The position numbers were made by a program, and so were the translations under genes. The notes beneath the pieces are model-generated. The model made no database searches. It saw only the letters and a list, made by a program, of their open reading frames with translations, and was not told the DNA's origin. Below, one piece after another: positions 1 to 12,458 of a DNA stretch of 64,000 nucleotides. The first letter of the stretch is position 1. Each line of letters begins with the position of its first letter. Source of the DNA: Blasia pusilla (Eukaryota); NCBI GenBank assembly GCA_050084515.1, contig CM114271.1, forward strand, positions 29,636,001 through 29,700,000. Reading direction: 5' to 3'.

Positions 1-165
1 TCTTCCTTCTAGATTCACGTTGGGAATTGCGTAGGGTAAGCAAACTGTAATCCATTGAGTAACTGGGGCATTCGTTGCATTCAGTACGCAAACCATTGAT
101 TCAGCCCTGATCATATCACTAAAAATCAGGTTTACAAAATCTGATGCTCTTTCCTTTCTTTGCAG

Positions 166-285
166 CATGATTATGACTACATCGTTGACGGATGGGAAGC
201 AAAGTTGAAAAGGTGTTCTCGTGGCGAGCAAAAATGGGGTCTCTTCCTCGCCCTCAAGCCTGGCTCAATTGTGAACGGGATCTAA
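166..285 (+). CDS. Last coding exon of phosphoethanolamine N-methyltransferase (PEAMT/NMT); rest of gene lies upstream of the window
   Basis: After acceptor tttgcag (ends 165) the frame reads [39 protein letters not shown], matching the plant PEAMT C-terminal pattern DY..IV.GW..KL.R....EQ.WGLF.A.K. Confidence 0.8.
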   Translation, partial: HDYDYIVDGWEAKLKRCSRGEQKWGLFLALKPGSIVNGI

Positions 286-1610
286 AAACCGCTAGGAAAT
301 GTGAGCTTTCTTTCACTGAATCGTGAAAGTTAACTATCTGGTGAAATTATGATGTAGGGAAGATGGATATTCCGGCGGAGAAGAATTGTCTTCATTCAGT
401 ACTCGTTGTTTCGCTGTGTTTATGGATGTAGATGTAAGCGGATTTTCATTTTGGATATCCAGATTAGTAATCTCTGGACATTCGTTCTTACGCTTTACGC
501 TTCCCAAGTCGGATCTGAGCTGTGATTGTGTGAACAGCTTCTAGAATTCCACCTTGACCTACAGACTTTATTCGCCAGTCTGGTCTTTTCATAATATGAG
601 CTATGGAGTGAGATCTTATGTGAGCGTGAAGCACACATGGAAAATCGCGGCGACTCTGACTCATTAATTGCCTTTCGTATAGGGGAATAATGAGTTTTCC
701 ACGGCACACAAATGGAAAGCATTATTAAAGTCCGTGTTTCGTCAAGTTCCACGTACCTACGGTGTTCTAAAAGCAGCGTACACAAGTGTCTAAAAGTAGA
801 TGGGGAATTCACAGGAATTATGAAAGGGGGACTTAACCTAATAGGGATTCACTTTTTTCCTTTTCAAAAGGAAACGGAGCCTCCTACAATTTAAACTCAC
901 CAAAAGAGCCTCTAGCAATGACATCTATTATTGCATGAACTTGAAACCGATTTGCTTGGGCATGTCACAATAGTATGGCAATGGTGATTATAGAAGATAT
1001 TTATAATAAAGACGATGTGGTAACTAGAAACCATCCATCTGAAAGTGGAGATAACTAAGTTCACTTAGTGAGGAATGAGCAAAATTTACCCCCATAACCC
1101 CGTGAATATCTATGGCTAGTAAGTCTAATCGATGTTCTTTGTGTGGACGAGTATAAAGTTGGATCTTCTTGATCATCCCTTCTTGCAACCTCCCTCTTAT
1201 GCTACCACGTGTGCTTGAGTAGACTTGTTTAGCATTTGTAATTACAACAGCCACCATCACCTCACCTTTCGTGTCAGATAAAAATTAACACAAAATTTTG
1301 CATGGAGCATTGCATTTTGCTTTGCACAAGAATTATGAGAAATATAAAATAAAATATCCTACAGAATGTTAGAGTAGTTGAGTGGTAATCCTCTCATCCC
1401 CAATTATACGCCAAGCCAAATGCACACAAAGAGAATCCAAACTTTGGTTACATTCATAATGTGTCGAACCAAACATGGATGGTTAAAGGAGGCGAAGACA
1501 CATCGCTGAAGTGAAAGGAAGTGGTATGATACGGAAAATCAAAATGAGAGGGCAAGCACAAGCATCCATCCATGAGCTTGCCCTCTTTTTGGAGTAAGAA
1601 CAAGTGCAGG

Positions 1611-2557
1611 CTTGAACCTCAATGGGAATACCCTCATTGAACATAGTACCTTGTTGGAATGAATCTTCACTCTTAGCAATTTATTGAGCTTGAGCTTGAA
1701 CATTACACTCCAATAAGTGTTAGAGAGAGTTTGTATAAGTGCAAGAGTGAGGGCGAGGAGAGAAAGAGCTTTTAGAACACCTATTGCATGTTCTTATGTT
1801 CTTGCCTCCCCTTGATAACATGAAGAATAACGCCCACCTAAATGTTTCTCCTTTGAGTTCTTTCCTACCTTGCGGGAAAACAAAAACGTCCTTGATTTTC
1901 TTTCCTTACCAAATCTTTTGGTGTGGTATCTTCTTTCCCTCCCTTGACACCTTCAAAATTTCCACATGCAAGTAAAAAATCTTGGTGTGCACTCCATATC
2001 CATGATCCCTCCACTTTATCAATCTCCTCTCCCTCCATCAAGGAACCTTGAGATCGTCACTAGCTACTAATCTCTTATTCACGGCCCTTGGGCTTGGGAA
2101 ATATCGAGTCTAAGCACGAAGCCTTAAACCCAACCATGGTTTGACATAGCATCGTGAAATGTTAAATGGCCACCACATCATCTTGCCATGTAACCATGTG
2201 ACCCTTCTTACATGCCATGTAATCTAAACGAGAGTAATTTATTTTGACGCTAAGTCATTTGAAAATTTTGACTAGACATCATTTTATTTTTATGACAAGT
2301 CTTTTGCAAATGAATTAGCAACCTTCACATTTCCAAAAATGAGCAAGGTTGTATACGGGAAAAGTGCCCGCAGTCATGTCCATGTCGATAGACGTATGTC
2401 TGACCTTGAACCTCAATGGGAATACCCTCATTGAACATAGTACCTTGTTGGAATGAATCTTCACTCTTAGCAATTTATTAAGCTTGAGCTTGAACATTAC
2501 ACTCCAATTAAGTGTTAGAGAGAGTTTGTGTAAGTGCAAGAGTGAGGGTGAGGAGAG
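1611..2557. repeat. Pair of ~150-bp direct repeats (1611-1762 and 2405-2557), probably from a decayed LTR-type element
   Basis: cttgaacctcaatgggaataccctc...gagtgagggYgaggagag occurs twice with few differences. Confidence 0.75.
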
Positions 2558-3192
2558 CCATAAGCCACTATTGCTCTACTTGGTCTCCTTCTATTATTGG
2601 TTGTGATAACAAAGAGCACCAGCAATCAATATCAATGAAATTTATTGTCTGATTACAACTTGCATAATTTACCCAAGAGAATATAGATGCAATTTTTGAA
2701 GGATCGGGATATAACAAGTCTAAGTGTTATAATTTTCCCTAGTATCTACCAACAGGAATTGTAACTATGTTGAATGGAATGGGAATGAGAGAGAAGGATA
2801 GTTGCACACCAAAAAGAGCAATAGCAGATTATACAGTAGTAGAGTATGCCGGAGTGAACTCTTGTGAATTTCCCGATATCTCTCGATAAGCGTTAGAGTT
2901 AGAAATACACTAAAGCAACGTAGTCCGAATATGGTTGAATTTGGTTGTGGGTTACTTGTAAAGATAATGATAGATAGCAAAGAGCAATAGTAGTAGTTGT
3001 GAAAGGAATTTATCTTGGTTGATGGCAACTCGCATAATCTCCCTAGGCGAATATAGATGGAATGGTTGAAAGATCAAGATAAAACATGTCTAAGTGACGC
3101 AATTCTCCCTAGTGTCTACAAACAAGAAGTGTAACTGTGTTGGACGGAACAAGAATGAAAGATGAAGATAGCAGCCAATCAAATAGTGCAAC

Positions 3193-4512
3193 TGTAATGT
3201 ACAACTCAAGGAAAAGGTACTCTTTTAATTGCAAAGTATTAAGTTCGTTCCCAAGAGATCACTGTTTCTTGAGTAAAGAGAGGTTTTGTAAGACGTATAA
3301 GGAATTTCTTCTTCACTAAGCACCTCACTAATTGCAACAACACTCTCTTCACTAGTACAAAAGATTAAATGGTTGTCTTCCCTCCAAGCACAACTCTTGT
3401 CAAGTGCAAGGGAAGAATCCTGCGAATCTTGGATACCAAAATTCCAATGAAGACCTCAAAGAGACCTCAAGAAGGTGGCGGCTCATCCTACTTTCAGAAC
3501 TGAATCTGTCATGGTAGGTTACTCACTGTCTAACAACTTTCCTATGCTCTTTTTGATTATCCTCCAGAATCCCGAGCGGAATCCTAAAACCAAAGACTCA
3601 ACTCTCATCCATACGGCAACCCAATAAGATTGGCATTCAACTCCGCACATCAGAAAGAATGAGAGAAGACACTTCTATTGCATCAAAGAGTGGAGGGAAC
3701 TAGAAAGTATTACAAGCTTCAGAGAGTACAAGACTCTTCGGCTTAGATCATCCCCAAAGACTTCTTCACAAAATCCACCAAAAGTACTTGGAAACTCAAG
3801 ACACAAGGGAATGACCCCATGCTCTTCTGCTCTATTCTTTAAATATTCTCTTATAATTATGGCTTTTTCTATTCTCATCTAAATTTCTAATTTTCAATCC
3901 CACGGTTCAAATCCTCCAACCCTTCACTTTCCTTAAGTCGGTTGGTGTTTCTTCCTCTTCCAACTAAACCATGGCGCCCTTCCATTTCTTCCTTCCGAAA
4001 CTGCCGGGACGGTTCATTTTTTACAATCTTTGCAGTCTTCACAATCTTTGCAGACTTCGCACTCTTCACAGCCTTCGCAGTCTTCACAGCCTTCGCAGTC
4101 TTTGCAATCTTTGTACGAAGACTTCCTTTGAACATATTTTGCAAAGAAGAAGTTATATACAGGTCATTGTTTAACAATCTTTACCATCTTCCAAAACTGC
4201 GGTCTTTGCCGTAGTCTTCGCTACGAAGCACCCGCGCCTCTCCTACTTCTTCCTTGTCCCTTCTTCTTTCCTCCACTTACAACAGTTCTCACTCCTCCAA
4301 GATAATTCCTTGATCTTCCAATCTCCTTGTCTTCTCAATAGGGTTTCAGTGATTAGCCTTATCAAGTACTCTTCCAACTATTCCTCTTCCTCTATTCATA
4401 TGTACAATCTTCTACAAAATCTTCAATCTTCAATCTTCCTTCATAAAGACTTTTACCTATTTCTGTACAAAAAACGTCCCAACTACAAAATTTTCAAAAG
4501 AGTGGGTTGTCA
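3193..4512. mobile_element. Probable solo LTR (~1.3 kb)
   Basis: TGTAAT...TTGTCA flanked by CAAC on both sides (3189-3192, 4513-4516); it interrupts the host tandem unit and has no retroelement coding domains. Confidence 0.55.
4020..4115. repeat. 9/18-bp minisatellite (gcagtcttc/acaatcttt-type units) inside the solo LTR
   Basis: Visible periodicity; gives the spurious KTAKAV ORF at 3887-4177. Confidence 0.8.
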
Positions 4513-6516
4513 CAACAGTAGTAGATCATACTGCTGTAGAGCAGGAGGTTTCCCGTCAATTTCCAGGTATGTCTCGATAATCGTCAGAGTTACAAATCCA
4601 CTAAAGCAACATAGTAAGAATATGGTTGAATTTGGCTTTGGGTTACTTGTAAAGGTACTGGTAGCTAAGAGCAATAGTAGTAGTTGTGAAAAGAATTTAT
4701 CTCCGTTGATGGAAACTCGTATAATGTGTCTAGATCAATACAAACTCAATGTTTAAGGGATCATGAAATATTAGCTATAAATGTTGGAATTTTCCGTAGG
4801 TTTTATCAACGATAAGTGTGACTCATGCGTTCTTTATGTTGAACAGAACGGGAATCAAAGATTAGAATAGTGGTAGACTAAATACAACAGTAGTGCCTTA
4901 TCTAGATCTTGTCATATCAATGATCATCTAGAGCGAAATAAAAAGTAAAGAGATTTCATAGAAAGCTTGAATGGTTTGTTATGCCGCTCACCTTTGGAAA
5001 TATGATGGTCAGTAACACGGTTGCAGAAGACCTGAGTAGCATGCAAGAAAATGCGTAAGGTGGAATCTATAAGCATATATCAAAGTGATTTCACAACACT
5101 TAGTGGAAATGTAGTATCTCAATCAATGTGATTTGAATGGGTGTAGCTACCAAAATGAGTGTGAGAATCAATAGATGAGCATCTAACAAAAATCCAGTGT
5201 AGGTGGCAACATTGTGCTATGAAAACCCCAAGTGAATAGTAGTGCTCAAGTCGTTTAATAATAGACGGCATTCATATGGCAAAGACTTTGGAAATTGAGG
5301 TGACACACAAATTTTAACACAACTCAGATTAAGTGGATATTATCAAGTCTTGGGGCTTATTCAAATGTTACTCTATGTATCTCTTGATTTCAACTCCTTG
5401 TATTTGCACTTTCCCAATCTGTTCGCCCATATCTCTCCTATTGAGATGTGTTCCTGCTACCTTTGATGCACGTAGTACTTTAGAGGGTCATAGGACATAA
5501 CGACAATCTTTAAAGCAAGAAATCATTGTAACTGAAGCCTTAGACAATTTGGAATGGCCACATCGTCCCGTTGTATATTTGGAAAGACACGTACTTGTTC
5601 AACGTGCTTCACTAGGATGTGGATGTGGGCCCTCCTGAAATGAACAAAAAAGATGACGTGTAAAGATGCACAACCCAAAAAAAAGATGGTGTGGGAAAAT
5701 TAGAGTTGTTTGAAATTTTGTGTGCTTCCCGCTTATGTAAAAAACGCAAGCAATGCTACAAAAGTAAGAAAGAAATGTTTGAAATCAATAGGCCATACCG
5801 TAACCGGATACCTTGCGGAAGCAAGCAAGAAATGCATGGTGCAAACAGTACAAGTGGGAAATGGGAGCAAAGAATTGCAAAGGGTCGGAGGCAAGTGACC
5901 AAAAATGGAAAGAAAAAAACTGACGACTCACAATACGGAATACCATTATGAAAGGATCGTGAAAATATTTGTCGCTGCGCAAGTTGGACAAGAGAGCCAA
6001 ACGGATTTCCAACTCTTACTTAGATTAGAAATTACACACCGGATGTGAACTTCAGGCGTCCGTCATTACTAGGTTGAAGAGATAAAAAAGGAATGAAACT
6101 ACGTAGTTTTTCCAAGTCCGTCTTCTTCATAGCCTCAAGACCCTGGACATTGGCGAAGTAATGTGTACAAGTTTTCCAAATACAACAAATAGAAGAATGT
6201 GATGAGCGAAACATGAATAAGTAGAGGGAGTCGACAAAATTCTTTTCTACATCTACGCTCTACGCAAGAGGCATGAAGCACAAAAACCGCGAGAAGACAT
6301 AAGCATTATGTTCAAACGTGAGAGCCCATCCAGATTCCCCAAATCCTTAAGGATCCCTTCCATCCGACGACACTCGGATAATCACATATAACAATGACTC
6401 ATAGATGCTCTACCTATGCTTTGCACTTGGATTTGACGTGTTGCCATGGGCATTCAAGGCTATCGTTATTACCTATTAGTAGGGGCCATAAAAAAATGCA
6501 ATGGACATAAGCATTA

Positions 6517-7027
6517 TGTCACGTCTTTTAGGATAGATCGATGAGATGTAGTAGAGCGCCTTGATGAGTAGTGGAGGACAGGCTCAATAGGTTGAGGATG
6601 ACCTATAGAGGCCCCGGGAAACCTGAGAGAGCAGGTTTCCCTTTTGTTTCGGCTCATTTGGAGCCATATTGAGGAGCTTACTATTTTAGGGAAGTACCAT
6701 TTTGAGTATATGATTATCTTTCTATTTTTGGTAAGTGGCCCTTGACCTCCTACATCAAGTCAAGAGCCAAGGAGATGACTTGGGAGAATAGGTTACCATG
6801 GAGACAGCTTGGGAGAGGAGAGGGATATACCTCAAGGAGAGAGAGCTTGAGAGCTCATTCTCTCTTTGTTGAACCTCTTGGCATGAGGCGGCGGAGCTAT
6901 GGTCCCTTGCCTTGTGAGTGTAACCCAAGCCTCTCATTAGGAGAGCGGCTTTGGTTTGACATGAGAGAGAGTGCACACCTTTGAGAGCTATGGTGTGAGA
7001 TGGTGTAGAGAGATTGGATCTTACTTT
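6517..7027 (+). repeat. Family A 5' terminal repeat, segment A1 only
   Basis: Matches 27747-28252 along its length, but is not followed by segment B. Confidence 0.9.
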
Positions 7028-7043
7028 ACAAAGAGAGAATGAG
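7028..7043 (+). promoter_or_regulatory. Putative self-priming primer-binding site, family A
   Basis: ACAAAGAGAGAATGAG directly after A1 is the exact reverse complement of CTCATTCTCTCTTTGT at 6854-6869, ~25-30 nt downstream of a weak TATA-like ATATAC (6825). Confidence 0.75.
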
Positions 7044-8236
7044 AGAATGAGAGAGTGAGAGAGCTTCATGGGGGACCTTGGTGGTCACTCACTTTTTTTG
7101 CAGGTTGGAGACCGTGTTCCCCGTTCAGCGGCTCATGGGAGTGCTCACCGGAGCAAGGGCTGCTTTGATTGTTCTTTGTATTTGCCAATTTTTCGTGTGG
7201 AAGAGTGACGCGCAGAATCGCTGCCCAATTTTGATAGAGATTGATTATGGGGGCGGATTGCCCCATGCCAGCGCTCTCAAGAGCACCATGTAGCTTGCTG
7301 ATTTTGTATTTTTACAGGTTTTATATTTTGGTTGGGAGAAATCAATGCGGAAGCGTTGCCAAATTTTGCGTAGGAGAAGAGACATTGGGCTTTAGGACAA
7401 TCCCCGTCAGTTTTTACTAAAAGGTTCAATTCCAAATATTTTTTGACATTGTCATAAATCGTGAAGCTGTACACATTGTGCAACAAATGGTGCACAATTT
7501 GGAGTTGTGAGTAAAACGTTATGGTCAATCTTGCAAAACTGCCATTGCTAGGCAATTTTTAGGGTTAAATTTTTCAAACTCTAAACCAGCCGCTACGCCA
7601 GCGGCAGCCGTCACCGTCATAGTTACCGTCAATGGTCTACGGTCAAGCGTCACCGTAAAAGATCAACATCATCATCAACGGTCAACCGTCACCGTCAATC
7701 GTCACCGTCCATTGGCCATCGTCGGCTGTTGCCGTTGCCCATTGTTGCTCAGAGCTGCATTCGGCCGTTGTCCATCCTTTGGTTGCCATTGCCGCCATTA
7801 CAAAGTGGAGGGTCTTCCACGACGTTCATTGATTCTCTGACTTGCATCGCCACCACGTACTTTGTTTAGGCCGCCACCGTCATCGAAGTTTTGTCGTCAA
7901 CCAATGATGGCAGATGACCTCCGGTTATGGTGTTTGAGTTTTGATTTCATGCTGCTATGTTGTGATTGGTAGCTGCTCGACGACGATCGAATACCGTGCC
8001 GTGAAGCCCGTAGCCGCAACGCGCCGTTGATTGCCAAGCCGTGCCACTCGTGGCCGCACTTCACCGTCTCGATCGCAGAGCCGCACCATCATTGTGGAGT
8101 AGAGTGTCAATTTATTGTTGATTGAGGAGGGTATGCCGTCGAGTGTTGCATCCCACCATCGAGGGACATGTCATTCGTAGCCGTTCCGTGCCGCCTGCAA
8201 CGCCGTACCGTTCCGCTCGAACTGCTTTGTCTATTA

Positions 8237-8743
8237 GCGGAGAGAGTTGTGTAGACGGTGAAGAGGGATTTACGCAAGTATGGCTTGCAGAGAGGTCACC
8301 TAGGAGATTGGGACCTCCACTTGCCATGGTTAGGGATGAGATACAGGTTCAACAGGCAGGCATCCTTAGCGTCTTTTTCACCGTACCTGCTACTTTATGG
8401 CCGAGATCCAGATTTACCTACGGCCATTCGTCGAGATGCCGGTGAGGTGCTGCACCTTGATGACCCAGATGTATGGGTGCGATTATGTTCTCAGAGGGCT
8501 GAGTTGTTTCAAAGAGTGATGCCCATGGCGTTCGAAAACTTGGCGATTGCGCAGCATCGAGATACGTTGAGGTATGCGACTATTCGGGGTGGTGGTTATC
8601 GACCAACTATCCGGAGGTTTCATCAGAGAGATTATGTCTATTTGCAGCTGATGGCACCGACGACGTTGGATGTGAGTGCAGGGCGCACTATCTTGAGAGT
8701 GCGTGACATTTTGGCATCCATTGTTCTCTTGCTGGAGGGACGC
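8237..8743 (+). pseudogene. Family A integrase C-terminal half; continues at 27196 after nested element C
   Basis: AERVV*TVKRDLRKYGLQRG...FSPYLLLYGRDP...LLLEGR; joined across the ACGC duplication it reads LEGR/DGMVWKDHVRNCAPCH. Confidence 0.9.
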
Positions 8744-10019
8744 TGTCGTATAGTAAAATCAGCCAGTGTGTAAACTCCTTCCTCGTTAAGTGTTAGATAG
8801 AGTTTTATAAGTATTAAATAAATTAGCTTAGGAAAAGGAAATCCCCATGTTTAAACCTCTTTATGATGCCTCTTTTATGCGGGCCCAACTTTAGAAAAGT
8901 GGTAATAAATAAAAGATGACTTTATAAAAGTAAAGTAGTGAGGTTTGTGCTTTAATGAAAATCAAAATTAGGCTTGGTTGGTGGCTAGGTTAGTTGGGGT
9001 AATTTGGAAAATATCAAGTGGGTAAAAGAGGATATTTTGGAAGAGATAAGAGGAAATCTACTTGTGTCAAAATGTGATTGGCTAAGCCTTGAGAGGAAGC
9101 CATGTGGCACAAGATAAGATTAGCTCTATTTCGTACTCTTGTGGCTCTCTTGTGAGTATATAAAGAGGAGGGACCTTCAAGGGTTCATCACCTTCTATTC
9201 CACATCTTGAGTCTTTCGTATCACTCTTGAGTGTATGACTTTGGGATTGCATGCTCTTCGTATGAGAGTGGATCACCCCTCTTGGGAGAGTAACTTGACC
9301 ATGGTCTATTCTTCGAGAGGTTTCTAGAGTGCGGTGTGTGTGTGGAGATGAGAGGTTTGTCACCTTAGAGGAGTTTAGTCATACTAAAATAGTGAATTTT
9401 TTGGCTTGTTACTTCCCCAATGAGAGTGGATTAGCCCTCTTGGGAGAATAACTCCGCCAGAACCCATTCTTGAGGAGAGTAGAGAATGTCTATCAAGCAT
9501 GGATATGGGTGGAGCACAAGTTGTGCCCGACTTTCCTTTCCTTAATCCATACTATGTCAAGATACTCTTTGTAGATAGGCACTGGTTCACTCGCTATTTA
9601 GTTTATCACTTTGGGGAGGCGTTCATAACCAGGTCATTCAATCTCCAACTACGGTGATCCTTCCAATCGTCACATATGGAAGGACATGGGATTATACTTT
9701 GTATGTCCTTATATAGAAATCCATGGACGTCAATAGGCCTGCTCAAGTAGGGTTTAATACTAGTTGTGCTATCTTCCTCGTATACAAGTTTAAAATACTC
9801 TATAGGGATTTTATAGTTAGGAATTTCGGGGCCCGATGTTACGAAGAAGTGATCGTCTCGGCACTTCCATTTGTGATACCTGTCTTGAGAGAATGGAGAG
9901 TATACATAATAATTTTATATTGAAAAAGGAGATCTTCTCAGAGAATTCATCTTGCATCAACCGCGTCTGCTGCAGCTAGAAGACCTGCCCTTACTCGAAG
10001 AAAGGCTCTCGACACGACA
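8744..10019 (+). repeat. Element C 5' LTR
   Basis: TGTCGTATAG...GACACGACA; near-identical to 25916-27191. Confidence 0.95.
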
Positions 10020-10021
10020 AA

Positions 10022-10039
10022 TGGTGCTTCCATTGAGAG
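10022..10039 (+). promoter_or_regulatory. Element C tRNA primer-binding site, probably tRNA-Thr(AGU)
   Basis: TGGTGCTTCCATTGAGAG 2 nt after the LTR; its complement CTCTCAATGGAAGCACCA resembles the plant tRNA-Thr(AGU) 3' end as I recall it (not searched). Confidence 0.7.
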
Positions 10040-10086
10040 CTCTTTGAGGCGGTAGATTGTGTTTGCAAGTTGGAGTCTTATCAAGA

Positions 10087-12382
10087 TGACTACTTTTGGT
10101 AGTACTTCATCAATGGAAAGTGAGGGAGCTAAGGATCTTCTCTGAAATTTGACAACATTGTTGAGTCAACAAGGAGGAGTTCACATAGGAGAGCAAAGAT
10201 CAACAAGGGCTCTTCAAGCGATTGTTAAGAAGGTGGGGAGATTTGATGGGAGGAACATCACCAATTATGTTCGAGAGTACGTATGTGAGATGGAGGTAAA
10301 TCGTGTACCCGAAGGTGATATGGTGTCAAGTTTTGAGTTAGCTGTAATACCAGAGATTCGTAATCAAGTGAAGAAATTGAGAGCAGAAAATCCGATCTTG
10401 TGGGAGGAGTATGAGCAGTTGCTGAAAGGAGAATTCTTCAATGATGATGTGGATGGGGTGACTAAGAGGAGTTTTTTAGAATGGATAGAGCAACGTCCAG
10501 GGAAGGGAATGACTCCAAATAAATTATTGCGTGAGTTTGAGAAGCGGTTTTTTCAACTTTCTTCTTCCGAAAGAGCAACTCTAGACTTGAGGAAAACTGA
10601 GTTATTCCTTGAGGCGGCTGACGAGAATTTGGAGGACAAGCTTTTCATAATGTTGGCGGACAAGACCGAAGAAGGAGGTGTCAACACTAATTGGAAGAAA
10701 GTGGAAGAAGCTGTTGCTATCCTTACAAAGCAAAATCGAAGTAGAGGTAGAACCGCACTATTCAAGTCGGAGGTATTAATTTCAAATCCATTGCCTAAGC
10801 CCGTTTCAACAAAACTTTAAGATTCCGCTATAGATGAGTTGGTGAAAGGTTTGAGAGAATTGAGAGTAGAAATGGCAGAGCTTAAACTTGACAGGAATCC
10901 TAGTGTTGGTGCTCCTTTGACAAGTAGGAACTTTGTGAGAAGATGTATATGGTGTGATAGTGTTGAGCATCAGCGTCGAGAATGTGAGGAGTTTTCAAAA
11001 GCTCTTAGGAATGGAATAGTAAACTTCAAAGATGGGAAGATTCATTCAACGTAGAATGGTATGCCGTTAAATACCAACTTTGGTAGAGGAGGAATGAAAG
11101 GCTTAGTGAGAAGTCAAGTAGGAGTTGCCACTACGGTATTAGATTCTGATACCTTTGCAGTAAAAATAGAAGTGCCTATTGTATCTGTAGCTAAAAGTGA
11201 ATCATTACAATTTCCTCGAAAAGTGATGATACGAGGGGCAGAGACTATCCATCATCTAATTGGATGGGATGATCCAGTGGAAGTTGGGTGTGTTAAAGCA
11301 TACCTAGCACAAGAGAAACATATGAGATGGCAAGATGCTAGTGTGGAGGAGAAGAGGAGACGCGACAATGATGGTGCTGATCTCGAGGAAGCTGCAAGAA
11401 GAGCAAGGACCGTAAGAAGGAAAGGGAAACCAGAGGCGCAACATCAAGAGAAGAAGGGCCTTCTACATCTGAATCTATGATGGATTCTCAAATGAAAGAA
11501 GATGGAATGAAGGAGAAAGAATTGAGGTCTTCCCATAAGACCAAGGGTAAGACTCCTACATACAAGTTGCAGTTTGATATAGAGACAAGCACGAATTTAA
11601 AGGAGATTCTTGAGGAGAGGATTTTGGATGCGAAAATAGAGTTTTCTTTGAGGGAAGTCTTGGGCATAGCCAAACGTGACTTTCATGAGTTGATCATAGA
11701 TGTGATCAAAAGGAAAAGATAGATGACTGCAGATATGGTGATGGTGAGGGCATTGGATACTGACATCACAGAAGAAGAAGATGAACAGCTTTGCCAAGTT
11801 TTTGGACAAAAGCTTGACTTACAAGAAGAAGAGGCGAGAGTAAGAGAAGCCTTGACAGAACAAGGTGAAGAAAGACACAATGGTGGACACTATTCTCGGT
11901 CATATTGGGCGCGTGCAACGACGGAGGCTAGAGTTCGACTCGGCTCTCTCCAAGAGTCAGTTCTGGCTCTCGTTGATCATGGTTCAGAGATCAACATCAT
12001 GTCGCGAAGTGTATACGACAAAGGGATGTGGCCAATTGATACAGGGCATGGATGGGTACTACGACCGGCTAACAACCAAAAAGGTGAACTCTACGATGCT
12101 TGTCCATCCGTCAAAACCCGTATCGGAGATGTGTTAATTGAGCAAAATTTCTTTGTTCAGAATGGAGTTGCTTATCCTTTGATTCTTGGGCAACCTTACA
12201 TCACAGCATCTAGAATGGAGACCAAAGTCATGGATGATGGGTCTCATTATGCCCGTATTAGAAGTCAGGATGGAATAAGATCAGTTCAATTCCTCATTGT
12301 ACGAGTAGGTCATGAAAGGAATAGAGAGAAGTTGAGAGATGGTCCTATGAAGGTAGAGAAAGAGTTTCGGATTTTTAGTTAG
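10087..12382 (+). pseudogene. Element C gag with CCHC knuckle and aspartic protease (disrupted)
   Basis: Gag-like GRFDGRNITNYVREY; knuckle CIWCDSVEHQRREC; protease ALVDHGSEINIMS...LILGQPY; several in-frame stops. Confidence 0.88.
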
Positions 12383-12458
12383 CACTCTTGTAGAGCGGGA
12401 ATATGGGGGTGCAGAGAAAAGAAAGAGTCTTCCGCTAGCATAAGGGGAAGAATCATAT

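Larger units (their letters stand above)
2610..4890 (+). repeat. Degenerate ~360-bp tandem units, interrupted by the insertion at 3193-4512
   Basis: Motifs such as aatatggttgaatttgg..tgggttacttgtaaag (2929, 4619) and gtctaagtg...aatt.tccctagt.tctac.aaca.gaa (2718, 3088) recur. Confidence 0.6.

Noticed and set aside
3887-4214. Lys/Ala-rich histone H1-like ORFs
   Set aside because: They are translations of a minisatellite inside a probable solo LTR.
9082-9923. ORFs repeated at 26254-27095
   Set aside because: They lie within the two LTR copies; the repetition reflects LTR identity, not coding.
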